The notes: generated by a model from the sequence alone, not told the origin. 64,000 nucleotides of DNA from Candidatus Doudnabacteria bacterium (GCA_963788395.1 CAWBGV010000031.1:73094-137093), one strand, 5' to 3'. Shown: positions 18,855 through 28,447, counted from the stretch's first letter. Numbers and translations are program-made.

Positions 18855-20022
18855 CTAGTCCTGTTCAGCATCTTCTTTCTTGAATTGCTCCCATTGGTGA
18901 ACCCCCGCGTTTCTTTTCTTTCTCACAAGCAGTTTCCAATTTTTATGCTCTTCCGCGCCATCAAATGTTACGATCGGTAATTTCTTTTTTTCTCGCAAAA
19001 TATTAATATTTTCCTGCAACCTCAAAATTCTGCTGCCAGTTGTTAAAAATCCTTTCTTTTTGCGAGCAAGCTTTTGAGCTTTGGTAGAGTCTTCATCTAG
19101 CATTTCTTCAATTTCGCTTGCCTTTATACCTTGCAATTCCAAAGCGCCAACTTGATAACAAGTTAGAACGGCCATTTCCACAGCAGTGTCAAAATCAACA
19201 ATGCAAATTCTATAATCTTTATCCATTGCTATTCTTTCTAATCCGGCTAACAAAATCTGATTAAATATTCAATGCTATAAGCGCCTGCACCACCAGCAAC
19301 TAGAGACATAAGCCCATCAGCAGGAATTATCAGCTTTTACATTCATTAAAAGCGGAGAACTGATTCGTCCTTGGACAAGAGGTATGGCATCTTGTTCCAT
19401 ATTCGGAACCATGGGGAAAGGTTGAAATTTTCTTTGTGATATTAACTTTGGTGACAAAAGTTCAATTGTTGATTTGGTTTTATCATCATCACTAAATACA
19501 CTGATATAAACACAAGTATAAAAGGTTAAATCACTGTCTTCCGACAAAAATTTGTTATAGTAATCATGAGATGTGTGTTTGTATGCCAACAAAAATTTGT
19601 TAAAAAAATTTATTGTAGTAGTTCTTAAAAATTAGCTATTGGTTGGGTTAGACCAGGCCGAATCTATGTCATTGATGGAAAAAATAATAGCAATTTCTGA
19701 AAAAAACCATGGGTAAAAAACTTTACCAGCTTCTCCAGCAATGATATGGAATATTGGCTGATCACATCCTCCCCGGATCCGACTAACTCCGCATTTTTTG
19801 AATTTTTTGGAGTAATAGGTTCAAGTGCAATGCGTTGTTGAGCACTGTCAGTTCTCTCGCTTCTTAATAAATTGCTTTTATCAAAAATCTGATTTTTCCT
19901 TCTTTCGATAAGATCTGCACCAAGCCTACTTCCTCGGCACCAACGGCAACAGGATAAAATCCATCGGGAACACCGATGTGAAATGGATAGTCGAAAACTA
20001 TTTTGACAAAGCCTGGTCTCAT
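18855..20022 (-). pseudogene. Degenerate SLOG/LOG-like (Rossmann-fold, PGGxGTxxE-type) gene in several frame-shifted pieces
   Basis: Pieces read MRPGFVKIVFDYPFHIGVPDGFYPVAVGAEEVGLVQILSKEGKIRF... | ...LLRSERTD...HGFFQKLLLFFP | ...DAIPLVQGRISSPLLMNVK | LIIPADGLMSLVAGGAGAYSIEYLIRF | LLAGLERIAMDKDYRICIVDFDTAVEMAVLTCYQVGALE... The ADGLMSLVAGGAGAYSIEYL..LAG...MDKDYRICIVD segment parallels the LOG-family DaFIaLPGGfGTlEEl...qLg.h.kP..llN motif. Breaks are at A4/T4 runs (19251-19254, 19336-19339). Confidence 0.3.
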
Positions 20023-20174
20023 AAAATTTATATATAAAGAATAGCTCTTATTTAAGAGAAAGTAAAAGGCTTGTGGAGTTAATTGTGTTTAAAATACCAA
20101 TATTTCTGTAAATTTGACAGGATTTTTACGTCTGCTATAATATAACAAAATTGTTATATTAGTAAACAAAACTA

Positions 20175-20547
20175 ATGTCAGCGTTGGAAACATCCTTCAA
20201 AGTAGAGTTTTTTACAACTGCTGCCGGCAATAATCCAGTTTGGGGAGTCTACAGAAGATTTACCTCCCGAAGAATTTAAGTATTTTGATCGCGCTATTAC
20301 GCGCTGTCAGACGTTACCTTTGTCTAACCTGTTTAAATGTGGTTACTTGGAAAAAATGTCAGGCTTTGATTTGTATGAACTTCGTATAAGTGTTAAAAAC
20401 AAAATTTACCGAATACTGTGTGTAATAAAAGACGCAGTTATTTGGTTTTTAAATGTGTTTCAAAAGAAAAGTCAAAAAATTAAACAAAAAGAAATAAATA
20501 CGGCCCTCGAGCGTTTTAAGCAATTAAAACTATTGGGACAATACTAA
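20175..20547 (+). CDS. HigB-like (Gp49/DUF891 RelE-ParE superfamily) toxin, 1-nt frameshift at a GGGG run
   Basis: ATG 20175 gives MSALETSFKVEFFTTAAGNNPVW, then a shift at GGGG (20242-20245) into ESTEDLPPEEFKYFDRAITRCQTLPLSNLFKCGYLEKMSGFDLYELRISVKNKIYRILCVIKDAVIWFLNVFQKKSQKIKQKEINTALERFKQL, the Gp49-like ...YRI.y..dg..iilLh.F.KK.QKtP..EI..A..R motif. Confidence 0.6.
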
Positions 20548-20548
20548 T

Positions 20549-20815
20549 ATGAACTACAATGAACTGAAAAATAAAATATTGAGCAAGCCTGCTTTTAAAG
20601 ATTCTTTAAAAGCTGATTTAGATTTTGAAATAAGCCAAATGATTATTGATGCACGTCTAATGAGAGGTCTTACCCAAAAACAATTAGCCGGTATTGTAGG
20701 AACAAAGCAACCTAGTATCGCAAGAATTGAAAGTGGCTCTTTATTGCCATCCCTGAGCTTTTTAGAAAAAATCGCGAAAGCCTTAGAAACTAATTTAATT
20801 CCCCCCAAAGTTTGA
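20549..20815 (+). CDS. HigA-like XRE-family HTH antitoxin
   Basis: 88 aa: LTQKQLAGIVGTKQPSIARIESG. It starts 1 nt after the toxin stop, the toxin-first order typical of higBA. Confidence 0.7.
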   Translation: MNYNELKNKILSKPAFKDSLKADLDFEISQMIIDARLMRGLTQKQLAGIVGTKQPSIARIESGSLLPSLSFLEKIAKALETNLIPPKV

Positions 20816-20985
20816 ATTAACTGAAAATTTAAAAGTAAAAACAACTTCAATTACTCCTCAAGCTATTCAGGCATTCCCAACCCCTGTGCAGATTAATTAT
20901 TACCTTTTGGTGATACCAGAAATTCGTTCTGTAAGGCAAGTTGAGAGAAAAGTGTTGTTTTTTAATCCTAATTAAACTATATTTT

Positions 20986-21363
20986 ATGAAAAAAATTGAT
21001 AACTTTGGAATAAAACATATTTGGACTATTCTTTGCTCAAACAGTAGCATTGATCAAAACACTAACAATGTTTCTTTGTTTAATGTTATTGAGCAAGTAG
21101 AATTACAAGCATTCGATAAGAAAAAAATCAATGAAAAACAAGAGAAAGGAATACCTTTAAATTGTGAACTTATATCCTTATGGAATAGAAAAGATAATGC
21201 CAAAAAAGGTTATGAAGAAAAGGTGGAATTTGTAGATCCAGCCGGGGCAATTTTAAACACTATCGAAACCCCATTAAAAATACCTGATAATATCCAAAGC
21301 TTTAGAATGACCTTTCGAAATTATGGGGTTAAAAGTCACTACTGCTGGAGAATATTGTTTTAA
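20986..21363 (+). CDS. Hypothetical protein (AT-rich orphan)
   Basis: 126 aa from MKKIDNFGIKHIWTILCSNSS.... It has no recognisable motif, and its codon usage matches the AT-rich island. Confidence 0.3.
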   Translation: MKKIDNFGIKHIWTILCSNSSIDQNTNNVSLFNVIEQVELQAFDKKKINEKQEKGIPLNCELISLWNRKDNAKKGYEEKVEFVDPAGAILNTIETPLKIPDNIQSFRMTFRNYGVKSHYCWRILF

Positions 21364-21811
21364 AATTAGCGCTAGAGAGAACAAGAAGGATAGTTTCATT
21401 GAAGTTGCCACCTTGCCTCTTAGGATTGTTATAAAATAATTTAAATTTAAAACACGTCTGTAACATGGCTAGTTTTTGGTATGTGTTTGTATGGTGAAAA
21501 TAGTTAATGAAATCACCATTTCGCTTGAAAATATAAGACTTATTCGAAATTTGCTGAAATCCAAAACCATACAAAAACATACACTTTTTGCGTTACATAT
21601 AAATTTTCTGAGTGTGTTGTGGGTCGGTTCCGGAAGTTCCTATTTTCCTTACAAAAAATGAGGTTTAAAGGAATTTTGGCAAAATCTAAAACGACACAAA
21701 AAAACACACTTTTACCATGGTAGCACACTAAATTCTTGGTTTTTCGCTATGGACTTTTCCTCAAATTTTTGTTAAAGTATTGAGGCACAGAAAAAGGAGG
21801 ACTAGAACCGA

Positions 21812-22666
21812 ATGTCACGTCGTAATAAGGACAAACGCGAAAAAAGTCAGCATCAGAAAAAGCAGGCTGCGGTAATGAACACAGCGGCTAGTGAGCTTGT
21901 TGTGAATATGCTGAGCGGTGCTAGCAATCCTTTGGTTGCTATCACTCTCATTGGACCAAGACCCACCGTGCAAGGCATCCCACTCAGTCGTTCCATGGGC
22001 TGTGTTGTGGAACGGCAAAACAACGGACTTCGTTTGGTAATGACCTGTCGTCATGCTTTCGAGAACTTACGCAATGGCTACAGGCTCTCGTTGCAATGCA
22101 AGGCCCAAGTCGGCTGCCAACACCGTTGGAGGTGATTGGTCAGCCCATTGAAGATACGGAGCCGGAGAGCGATGTAGCTTTTCTGCTAGTCAGGGATCGT
22201 TTGAATTTGCCCACACGGCCATTTGTGGTCGAGCAGGTAGATCCCGAATTTCATGACATGCAGATTCTCTACAATGCCGCTAACCGTTGCGACCCACTGT
22301 CACGCGTGTATGATGTTTTCGTTGCAAGGCAGGGGGTGAAAGAGCGGGCACCGATGTTTTTGCAAGATGTCAATCAGAACCACAGAAATCGTTCCCGCAG
22401 AGGACACGACGAAGCAAGAAGATTTACGGCATCAAGGCTGGATTTCTTGCCGGATGTTTCAGATGCACAGCCGGAGTGGTTTCTCGGGCAGCCCGGTATG
22501 GGACGAACAACTCCGACTCTACGGAATGGATGTGCGGGGAACCTCTCCTGGCGACGGAATGCATGCCACAATGGGTGACGTCCTTATTTGTCTGCCAACG
22601 AGCGAGCTGCATGCTGCGCGTCAGAGAGTGGAGCCTCAACTCCAACAACTGCTTGCTTCATTGTGA
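21812..22666 (+). CDS. Trypsin-like (S1 family) serine peptidase, split into three frames
   Basis: Strong SD AAAAAGGAGG before ATG 21812. His box MTCRHAF (ORF 21812..22135), Asp box ESDVAFLLV (ORF 22096..22578) and Ser box GFSGSPVW (ORF 22367..22666) form a chymotrypsin-fold catalytic triad in the right order. The N-terminus is basic (RRNKDKREKSQHQKKQ). The coding region is visibly more G+C-rich than the flanks. Confidence 0.55.
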
Positions 22667-22689
22667 TCGCCATTTCGGTTTCAACTTTG

Positions 22690-22723
22690 GTCACCGCTGC
22701 TTTACTGGGCGGTGACTTTTTTA
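22690..22723 (+). terminator. Rho-independent terminator after the protease gene
   Basis: GTCACCGC-(11 nt)-GCGGTGAC followed by TTTTTTAT. Confidence 0.7.
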
Positions 22724-23100
22724 TCCCCAAATCGTTCAGTTGATTTAGAATTTTATAACTTATATTCTTGTAATAGGTTTCTTTTCAAACTTTATAGTTT
22801 AGTCTGATTTGTTCTCAATAGGACTACTTTACGCAAACTCTTTGCGTGGGTAGTCCTTTTTATTTTAGGCAATAACGCAATGGGTAATAAAGTCCGTTTT
22901 TTGCTCGGCAGGTTGCCAATACCCATTGCACCTGTCTGGCCAAGAGCGGATTTTTAAATTAAAACACAAATTTATGTTAACAATTGAGCAATGTCGGGAA
23001 ATAATTGGCAATACTGCGATATCCGACAGCGAACTTGAACAATTACGCAATAGCCTGTATAGTATCGCCGATTTGATAATTAAACGCACTGTGGGCGAAG

Positions 23101-24690
23101 ATGCCGAAGAAAGTTCAAACCATAATTGAATATAAGCGTGCGTTAATTTATTGCCGGGTTTCCAGTGAGCGGCAGGTTAACGAAGGCCATGGTCTTGATA
23201 GCCAAGAGCAGCGGTGTATTCGCCGTGCTTCAGATATGGGTTTGGAAGTGGCAAAAGTGTTTCGGGACGAGGGAGTATCCGGTGGTTTGTTTGACCGGCC
23301 GGCAATGCAGCTGCTTATAAAGTATCTGGATGCACGTCTACACGAAAATTTTATTATTATCTTTGACGACTTAAGCCGTTTTGCAAGGGATGTGCAAGTT
23401 CACATACAACTTAAAAGCGAACTCATTTCCAGAGGCGCAAAACTGGAGTGTTTAAATTTAAAATTGGAAGATACGGCAGAGAGTGAGCTGGTAGAAATTA
23501 TTTCCGCAGCTACGGCGCAGTATCAACGCAAGACCAATAAAAGGCAAGTTATTCAAAAAATGAAAGCCCGGCTGGAAATGGGCTATTGGACATTTTGTCC
23601 GCCACCAGGCTTAAAGTTCTGCAAAGACGCGGCCAAGGGGCAAATTTTGCGCCCCCATGCGCCACAATCTGTAATCTTTAAGGCTGCAATAGAGAAATAC
23701 CGCGACTTTGAGTTAAATACGCTTGAGGAGATTCAGCAGTTTATAATTGCGCAATATCGGCTTAACGGGCTTAATAAATCTATTTCTATAAGTGGCGTTA
23801 AAAGGCTGCTTACCAATGTTTTATATGCCGGCTGTGTGGAATACGAGCCGTGGGGTATTCCGCTTGTAAAAAATGTCCATGAAGGCTTTATTTCCTACGA
23901 AACTTTTCTTGCAGTGCAGGATCGGCAAAATAATGCGAGTAAGCCAAGAATCCGTAAAGACCAGAACATGGATTTTCCTTTACGTAATTTATGTTATTTG
24001 CGAAAGTTGTAAGCATCCTTTTACCGCGGCGTGGTTTAAGGGTAGAAAAGAAATTTATGGATATTATTTATGTAAGCAGCAAGGTTGCTCCCTTAAAAAT
24101 AAAACAATTAATGCGGATATTGTTGAAGCTGACTTTGTTAAATTGCTAAAACGAGTGTCACCAAGCCCGGAAGTTCTAAAATTGGCTGAAAAAGTTTTGG
24201 TAGATTTATGGGAAAGCCAAAGGAAAAACGAAGGACAGGTCAAAGCGGCATTTTAGCGCAGCTGAGTAAACTAGAAACTCAAAATAAAACTTTGGTGGAA
24301 AGAATTGCAAAAGCTACCGCTGACGGCTTGGTTGCTGAATACGAAAAGACTATTGCGCAAAACGTGGCAGAAATTAAAAACCTGCAAAAAGAACTCGATA
24401 AAACAAAATACTCCCAGGACGGGTTTCAAACCGCAGCGGGAGCAGTATTCGAATATCTTTCAAAACCGTTAGAACAGTGGCAAACCCGCGACTACGCAGG
24501 CAAACGGCTGTTACTCGGTATGTATTTTGAGCAGAAAGTTGCTTATAACCGTGAATTTGGTTTTCAAACCGCTCAAATTCCTTTTGTCCTTGCGACAATC
24601 CAGCAAGAACACGTGTCTAAAAATCATCTGGTGGACCGGACGGGAATTGCACCGCAAACCATGATGTCAAGCTGTGGTCCGTCACTGTGA
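23101..24690 (+). CDS. Large serine recombinase (resolvase/invertase catalytic domain + recombinase domain + zinc ribbon + coiled coil), two frameshifts
   Basis: ORF 23101..24012 has ALIYCRVSSERQ...GHGLDSQ (catalytic Ser), ORF 23873..24256 has CESCKHPF...YGYYLCKQQGC (zinc ribbon), and ORF 24208..24690 has the coiled-coil tail. Together they make about 530 aa. Breaks are at T runs (about 23975-23990, and TTTT at 24251-24254). Confidence 0.85.
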
Positions 24691-24863
24691 CCCGGCCCAT
24701 GTAGTAATATCGTAATACAACGACACCAAAGAAATTTTTAAAAAAAGATAAATTAGACTTTATCTTTTGTGGATAAGCTCAAAGGAGTCTACCTTAAGTG
24801 AAAAATATTTACGGATCGAGGAAAAAGCGCTATACTAAATTTAGAAATATTAAAAAAATTACT

Positions 24864-25406
24864 ATGGAAACCAAAGATAAAGAGTGCTGCGGGCATGACT
24901 GCTGTCATAATCATAACCATCACAGCCCGGTGTGGCGATTAATTAAGGCTTTTACAGCCGTGATTGTTATTTTATTTGTACTTCTAATTGGTGTGGCAGT
25001 TGGCCGCAAGAGTTCTGAGTGGAGCGGGAATATGAGCGTAAGCATGTATAAAAATGGTGGCATGACCGCGACCAGTATGGGTGTCCCGCCGGCAAACATG
25101 CTCTATCTGCAGGGAAATCTCGGGCGGATGGCGACCAGTACCGCGACCCCGGTTATGGGCTACCAAAAAATAGACCCAAACGCCACTGAAGTGGCCGGAG
25201 TTATTGATTCGGTAAGCGGGACAGAAATAACATTAACGGACAATGGCGGCAGTCAGCAAATGATATATACTTCTGGTTCCACTATTATAACCGCTGCCAG
25301 CGGCGAAATACCGGTCTCGGCCCTCAAAACCAAGGAATTTATTGTAGCTATGGTTACCGCCGCCGACGGCAAGAGCACTGCAGAAACCATTCAAGTTCAG
25401 CCTTAA
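24864..25406 (+). CDS. Membrane-anchored protein with a Cys/His-rich N-terminal metal-binding-like motif (hypothetical)
   Basis: METKDKECCGHDCCHNHNHHSPVW, one transmembrane helix (LIKAFTAVIVILFVLLIGVAV), then a Thr/Ser/Gly-rich extracytoplasmic domain. Confidence 0.4.
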   Translation: METKDKECCGHDCCHNHNHHSPVWRLIKAFTAVIVILFVLLIGVAVGRKSSEWSGNMSVSMYKNGGMTATSMGVPPANMLYLQGNLGRMATSTATPVMGYQKIDPNATEVAGVIDSVSGTEITLTDNGGSQQMIYTSGSTIITAASGEIPVSALKTKEFIVAMVTAADGKSTAETIQVQP

Positions 25407-25617
25407 ATTTTTTAACAAACAATAAAAGACTTCTTCCGGGAAGTCTTTTATTGTACCCAGAAGGATATCAATGGCCACAACAGTCAGTAATTTTTTTAGC
25501 ATCTATGAATGTTGAGGGTTTTGGATGCGGTGGAAAGTAGGGACAAAGCTAATGTAAAGTTAACTTGACACATGCGGATTCGTCGTATATACTAAAGTTA
25601 CTAAAGAAAGGAGCTTT

Positions 25618-26016
25618 ATGAGCGATACAAAAATGTCAGTGAACGAAGAAGAATTAAAGAAAAAGCTAACACCGGAGCAATATCATATTTTACGCGAAAA
25701 GGGCACAGAGGCGCCGTTTACCAGTCCGTTGGTGGATATGCATGAAAAAGGGATGTTTACTTGCGCGGTTTGCGGTAATCAATTATTTGCTTCCGACGCT
25801 AAATTTGATTCCGGTACCGGCTGGCCAAGCTTTGACCAGGCTATCCCCGGCGCCGTAGAATTGCACGACGATAGCTCTATGGGGATGCACCGGACCGAGG
25901 TCACTTGCGCCCGCTGCGGCAGCCACTTGGGACATGTCTTTGACGATGGCCCTTCGGAAACTACGGGACAGCGGTACTGTATTAATGGGGCGTGTTTAAT
26001 TGTAAAGAAGGAGTAA
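25618..26016 (+). CDS. msrB: Peptide-methionine (R)-S-oxide reductase
   Basis: 132 aa with two CxxC pairs (CAVCGNQL..., CARCGSHLGHVF) and the catalytic RYCINGA motif. Confidence 0.9.
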   Translation: MSDTKMSVNEEELKKKLTPEQYHILREKGTEAPFTSPLVDMHEKGMFTCAVCGNQLFASDAKFDSGTGWPSFDQAIPGAVELHDDSSMGMHRTEVTCARCGSHLGHVFDDGPSETTGQRYCINGACLIVKKE

Positions 26017-26145
26017 AGGTAAAGATACGAAATTCGAAATACGGAACAAATTTCAAATTTCAAATTTCAAAAGTGGTTTTAGATTTATTATTTAATATTT
26101 AAACATTGTTTAGGATTTCGTATTTCGATATTAATTATTCATTCT

Positions 26146-27849
26146 ATGCTCCAAATTCTCTTTGCCTTTCTTGCGGGTATCCTGACTATTGCCGCCCCTT
26201 GCATTTTACCAATGCTTCCCATAATCCTCGGCGCTTCTGTCGGTCAGCAGAACCGCCAGCGACCATTGTTAATAGTAGCCGGTTTTATTGTTAGTTTTGC
26301 GGCCGCGAGTTTATTATTATCGGCTTTAGTCACTCACCTTAATCTTTCGCCCAATGTTTTACGGGATGTAGCCGTAATTTTGCTGCTGATATTCGGTCTG
26401 TTGATGGTTTGGCCGGGTCCGTTTGAACGCTTAACCGCACTGTTTAACGGTTCGATTAATAAAGCTAACGCGCTTGGCGGCGGCCAAGGTAATTGGGGTG
26501 CTTTGGTTTTAGGGCTGGTTTTAGGAATTGTTTAAAGGCCCTGCGCCGGTCCAATATTAGGAGCAATTTTAACCCTTATAGCTACTCAAGGCTCTACAGC
26601 CCATGCTTCGGTTTTGCTCATTGCCTATGCTATTGGCGCCGGGGTACCTATGCTGATTATTGCTTACGGCAGCCAGTGGATTACCACCAAAGTTCGGGGC
26701 ATAGCCCGATATTCGGTTCGGTTACAGCAAATTTTTGGAGTCTTGGTTATTTTATTGGCCGTGGCTATGTTTTTTCAATACGACACCAGAATTGAATTGG
26801 CTCTAACCGCCGCGTTTCCTCAATCAAGCTTAGAAGACCAGCTGGTGCAGAAAAAGCTAATCCTTTTGCAACTAATACTCCGCCGCCGTTGCCGGCAACT
26901 CCGGCGTCTACAATGCGGCGACCGGCCAACTGTCGGCGCCGCAGCACTGTTGAGCAAATTCCACTCCAGAATTATGGGAAAGCGCCGGAATTCACGGGGA
27001 TTGACCACTGGCTCAACTCTCCGCCGCTGACTATGAGCCAGCTGAAAGGTAAAGTCGTGCTGGTGGATTTTTGGACGTACTCTTGCATTAATTGTATTCG
27101 AACTTTGCCGTATGAACCACGTGGTACAACAATTATAAAGATGATGGCCTGGTAGTGGTCGGCGTGCATACGCCGGAATTTGCTTTTGAAAAAGATACCG
27201 GCAATGTCGAAAATGCCATCAAACAATTTAATATTTTGTATCCGGTGGCTCAAGATAACGAGTACGGGACTTGGAACGCCTTTAATAACGAATATTGGCC
27301 GGCGGAGTACCTGATAGACCAAAACGGCAATATTGTCTACGAACACTTTGGCGAAGGGGAATATGATCATACTGAAAACGCCATTCGCGAATTGCTGAAT
27401 ATGACCCCGAACGTCGCGCCCAATAACGGCCAAAACCTTTCCGGAGTGGAATCGCCGGAAATGTACTTTGGAACTGACCGGGTCCAGTATCTCACTCCGG
27501 CTCAAACCCCCTCCGCTGCGGCCCAAACGTATACGTTACCGGGCAGTTTGGCTTTGAATAATTTTGCCCTGGGTGGTTCCTGGGAATTTAACTCCAGTAT
27601 GCCCAGTTAGCCGGCGATCAGGGCACGGTGGAGCTGCATTTTCATTCTGGCCAGGTCAATATGGTAGCCGCCAGCAGCGGGGCGCCGGTTACTTTAAATA
27701 TAGTGGTTGACGGCAAAACTCAGCCCTCTGTTACCGTCCAAGCCTCGCAACTCTACACTCTTTTTAATTCTCAAGATTATTCTGATCATACTATAGAAAT
27801 TTCCATCCACGGCCAGGGCTTCCAAGCCTTTACCTTTACGTTTGGCTAA
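26146..27849 (+). CDS. DipZ-like fusion: CcdA/DsbD transmembrane domain + TlpA-like thioredoxin domain + C-terminal beta domain, with 5 reading-frame lesions
   Basis: CcdA motifs APCILPMLP and (after an in-frame TAA at 26533-26535) RPCAGPILGAIL. A Pro/Thr-rich linker is reached by a shift at an A5 run (26851-26855). The thioredoxin core is LKGKVVLVDFWTYSCINCIRTLPY (CxxC), followed by WYNNYKDDGLVVVGVHTPEFAFEKD after a shift near 27112-27125. The tail ...QYAQLAGDQGTVELHFHSG... is reached by a shift at a CC run (about 27593-27596). Confidence 0.7.
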
Positions 27850-27885
27850 TTTGGGGATTAATGATAGCATGGTAATGGACGACGT

Positions 27886-28086
27886 ATGGCCAATTTACAG
27901 AATCAAATTAAAAAAATGCGCAACGAAAAAAATATCACCCAGCAGGATTTGGCTGACGCTGTGGGGGTTTCGCGGCAGACGATTGTGGCCATCGAAAAAG
28001 GCAACTACATTCCTTCCTTGGTGCTGGCTATGCAATTAGCTGGTTTTTTTAAGGTCAGCGTCGAAAAATTATTTTATATCTTATGA
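27886..28086 (+). CDS. XRE/Cro-type HTH transcriptional regulator (YozG-like)
   Basis: 66 aa: [23 protein letters not shown]. Confidence 0.75.
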   Translation: MANLQNQIKKMRNEKNITQQDLADAVGVSRQTIVAIEKGNYIPSLVLAMQLAGFFKVSVEKLFYIL

Positions 28087-28442
28087 AAATTATCGTCTAC
28101 TATATTCTCTTGCTTGTTTTTGTGGCCCTTCTGACGGGCTATATTTTGCAGCCGCACAGTTCGCCTATGAGCATGAAGCAGATGGTTTCTATTTCACTGC
28201 TGCTTGGAGTATATGTGGTAGGCATGTCGCTGGCGGGAGAAGGGAAGACGGCCGATGAGCGCGAAGTTCAACACCGGTATATCGCCAACCGGATGGCGTT
28301 GCTGGCCGGGACAATTGTTATTTCGGCCGGGGTCTTGGTAGAGTTGTTCACTCACCATCTGGATCCCTGGCTGCTGGCCGGACTGATTGCCATCAATTTA
28401 GTGAAAATTGTGAGTTTAATCTATTCTAATTATAAAAATTAA
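28083..28442 (+). CDS. Small membrane protein (DUF2178-like partner of the YozG-type regulator)
   Basis: 119 aa with 3-4 transmembrane helices, translationally coupled (ATGA overlap) to the HTH gene. Confidence 0.5.
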   Translation: MKIIVYYILLLVFVALLTGYILQPHSSPMSMKQMVSISLLLGVYVVGMSLAGEGKTADEREVQHRYIANRMALLAGTIVISAGVLVELFTHHLDPWLLAGLIAINLVKIVSLIYSNYKN

Positions 28443-28447
28443 ATTGT

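Larger units (their letters stand above)
18480..24720. mobile_element. Putative integrated element or defence island: AT-rich about 6.2 kb with a large serine recombinase at the right end
   Basis: There is a sharp by-eye drop in G+C from about 18.5 to 22.9 kb. The content is a degenerate SLOG/LOG-like gene, HigB/HigA, orphan ORFs, a G+C-rich trypsin-like protease and a large serine recombinase. Flanks are housekeeping genes of normal composition. Exact att ends were not identified. Confidence 0.4.

Noticed and set aside
21633-21648. GAAGTTCCTATT(T)TC, a 12/13 match to an FRT arm, raising the possibility of an engineered Flp site
   Set aside because: There is no inverted second arm and no 8-bp spacer partner nearby. 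It lies in native-looking AT-rich DNA, so it is most likely a chance match.
26533-26535. Stop-codon reassignment (TAA read as sense) to explain the in-frame TAA in the DipZ-like gene
   Set aside because: TAA cleanly terminates many well-supported genes in the window (for example pyk, eno, purC). A local substitution error or mutation is likelier.
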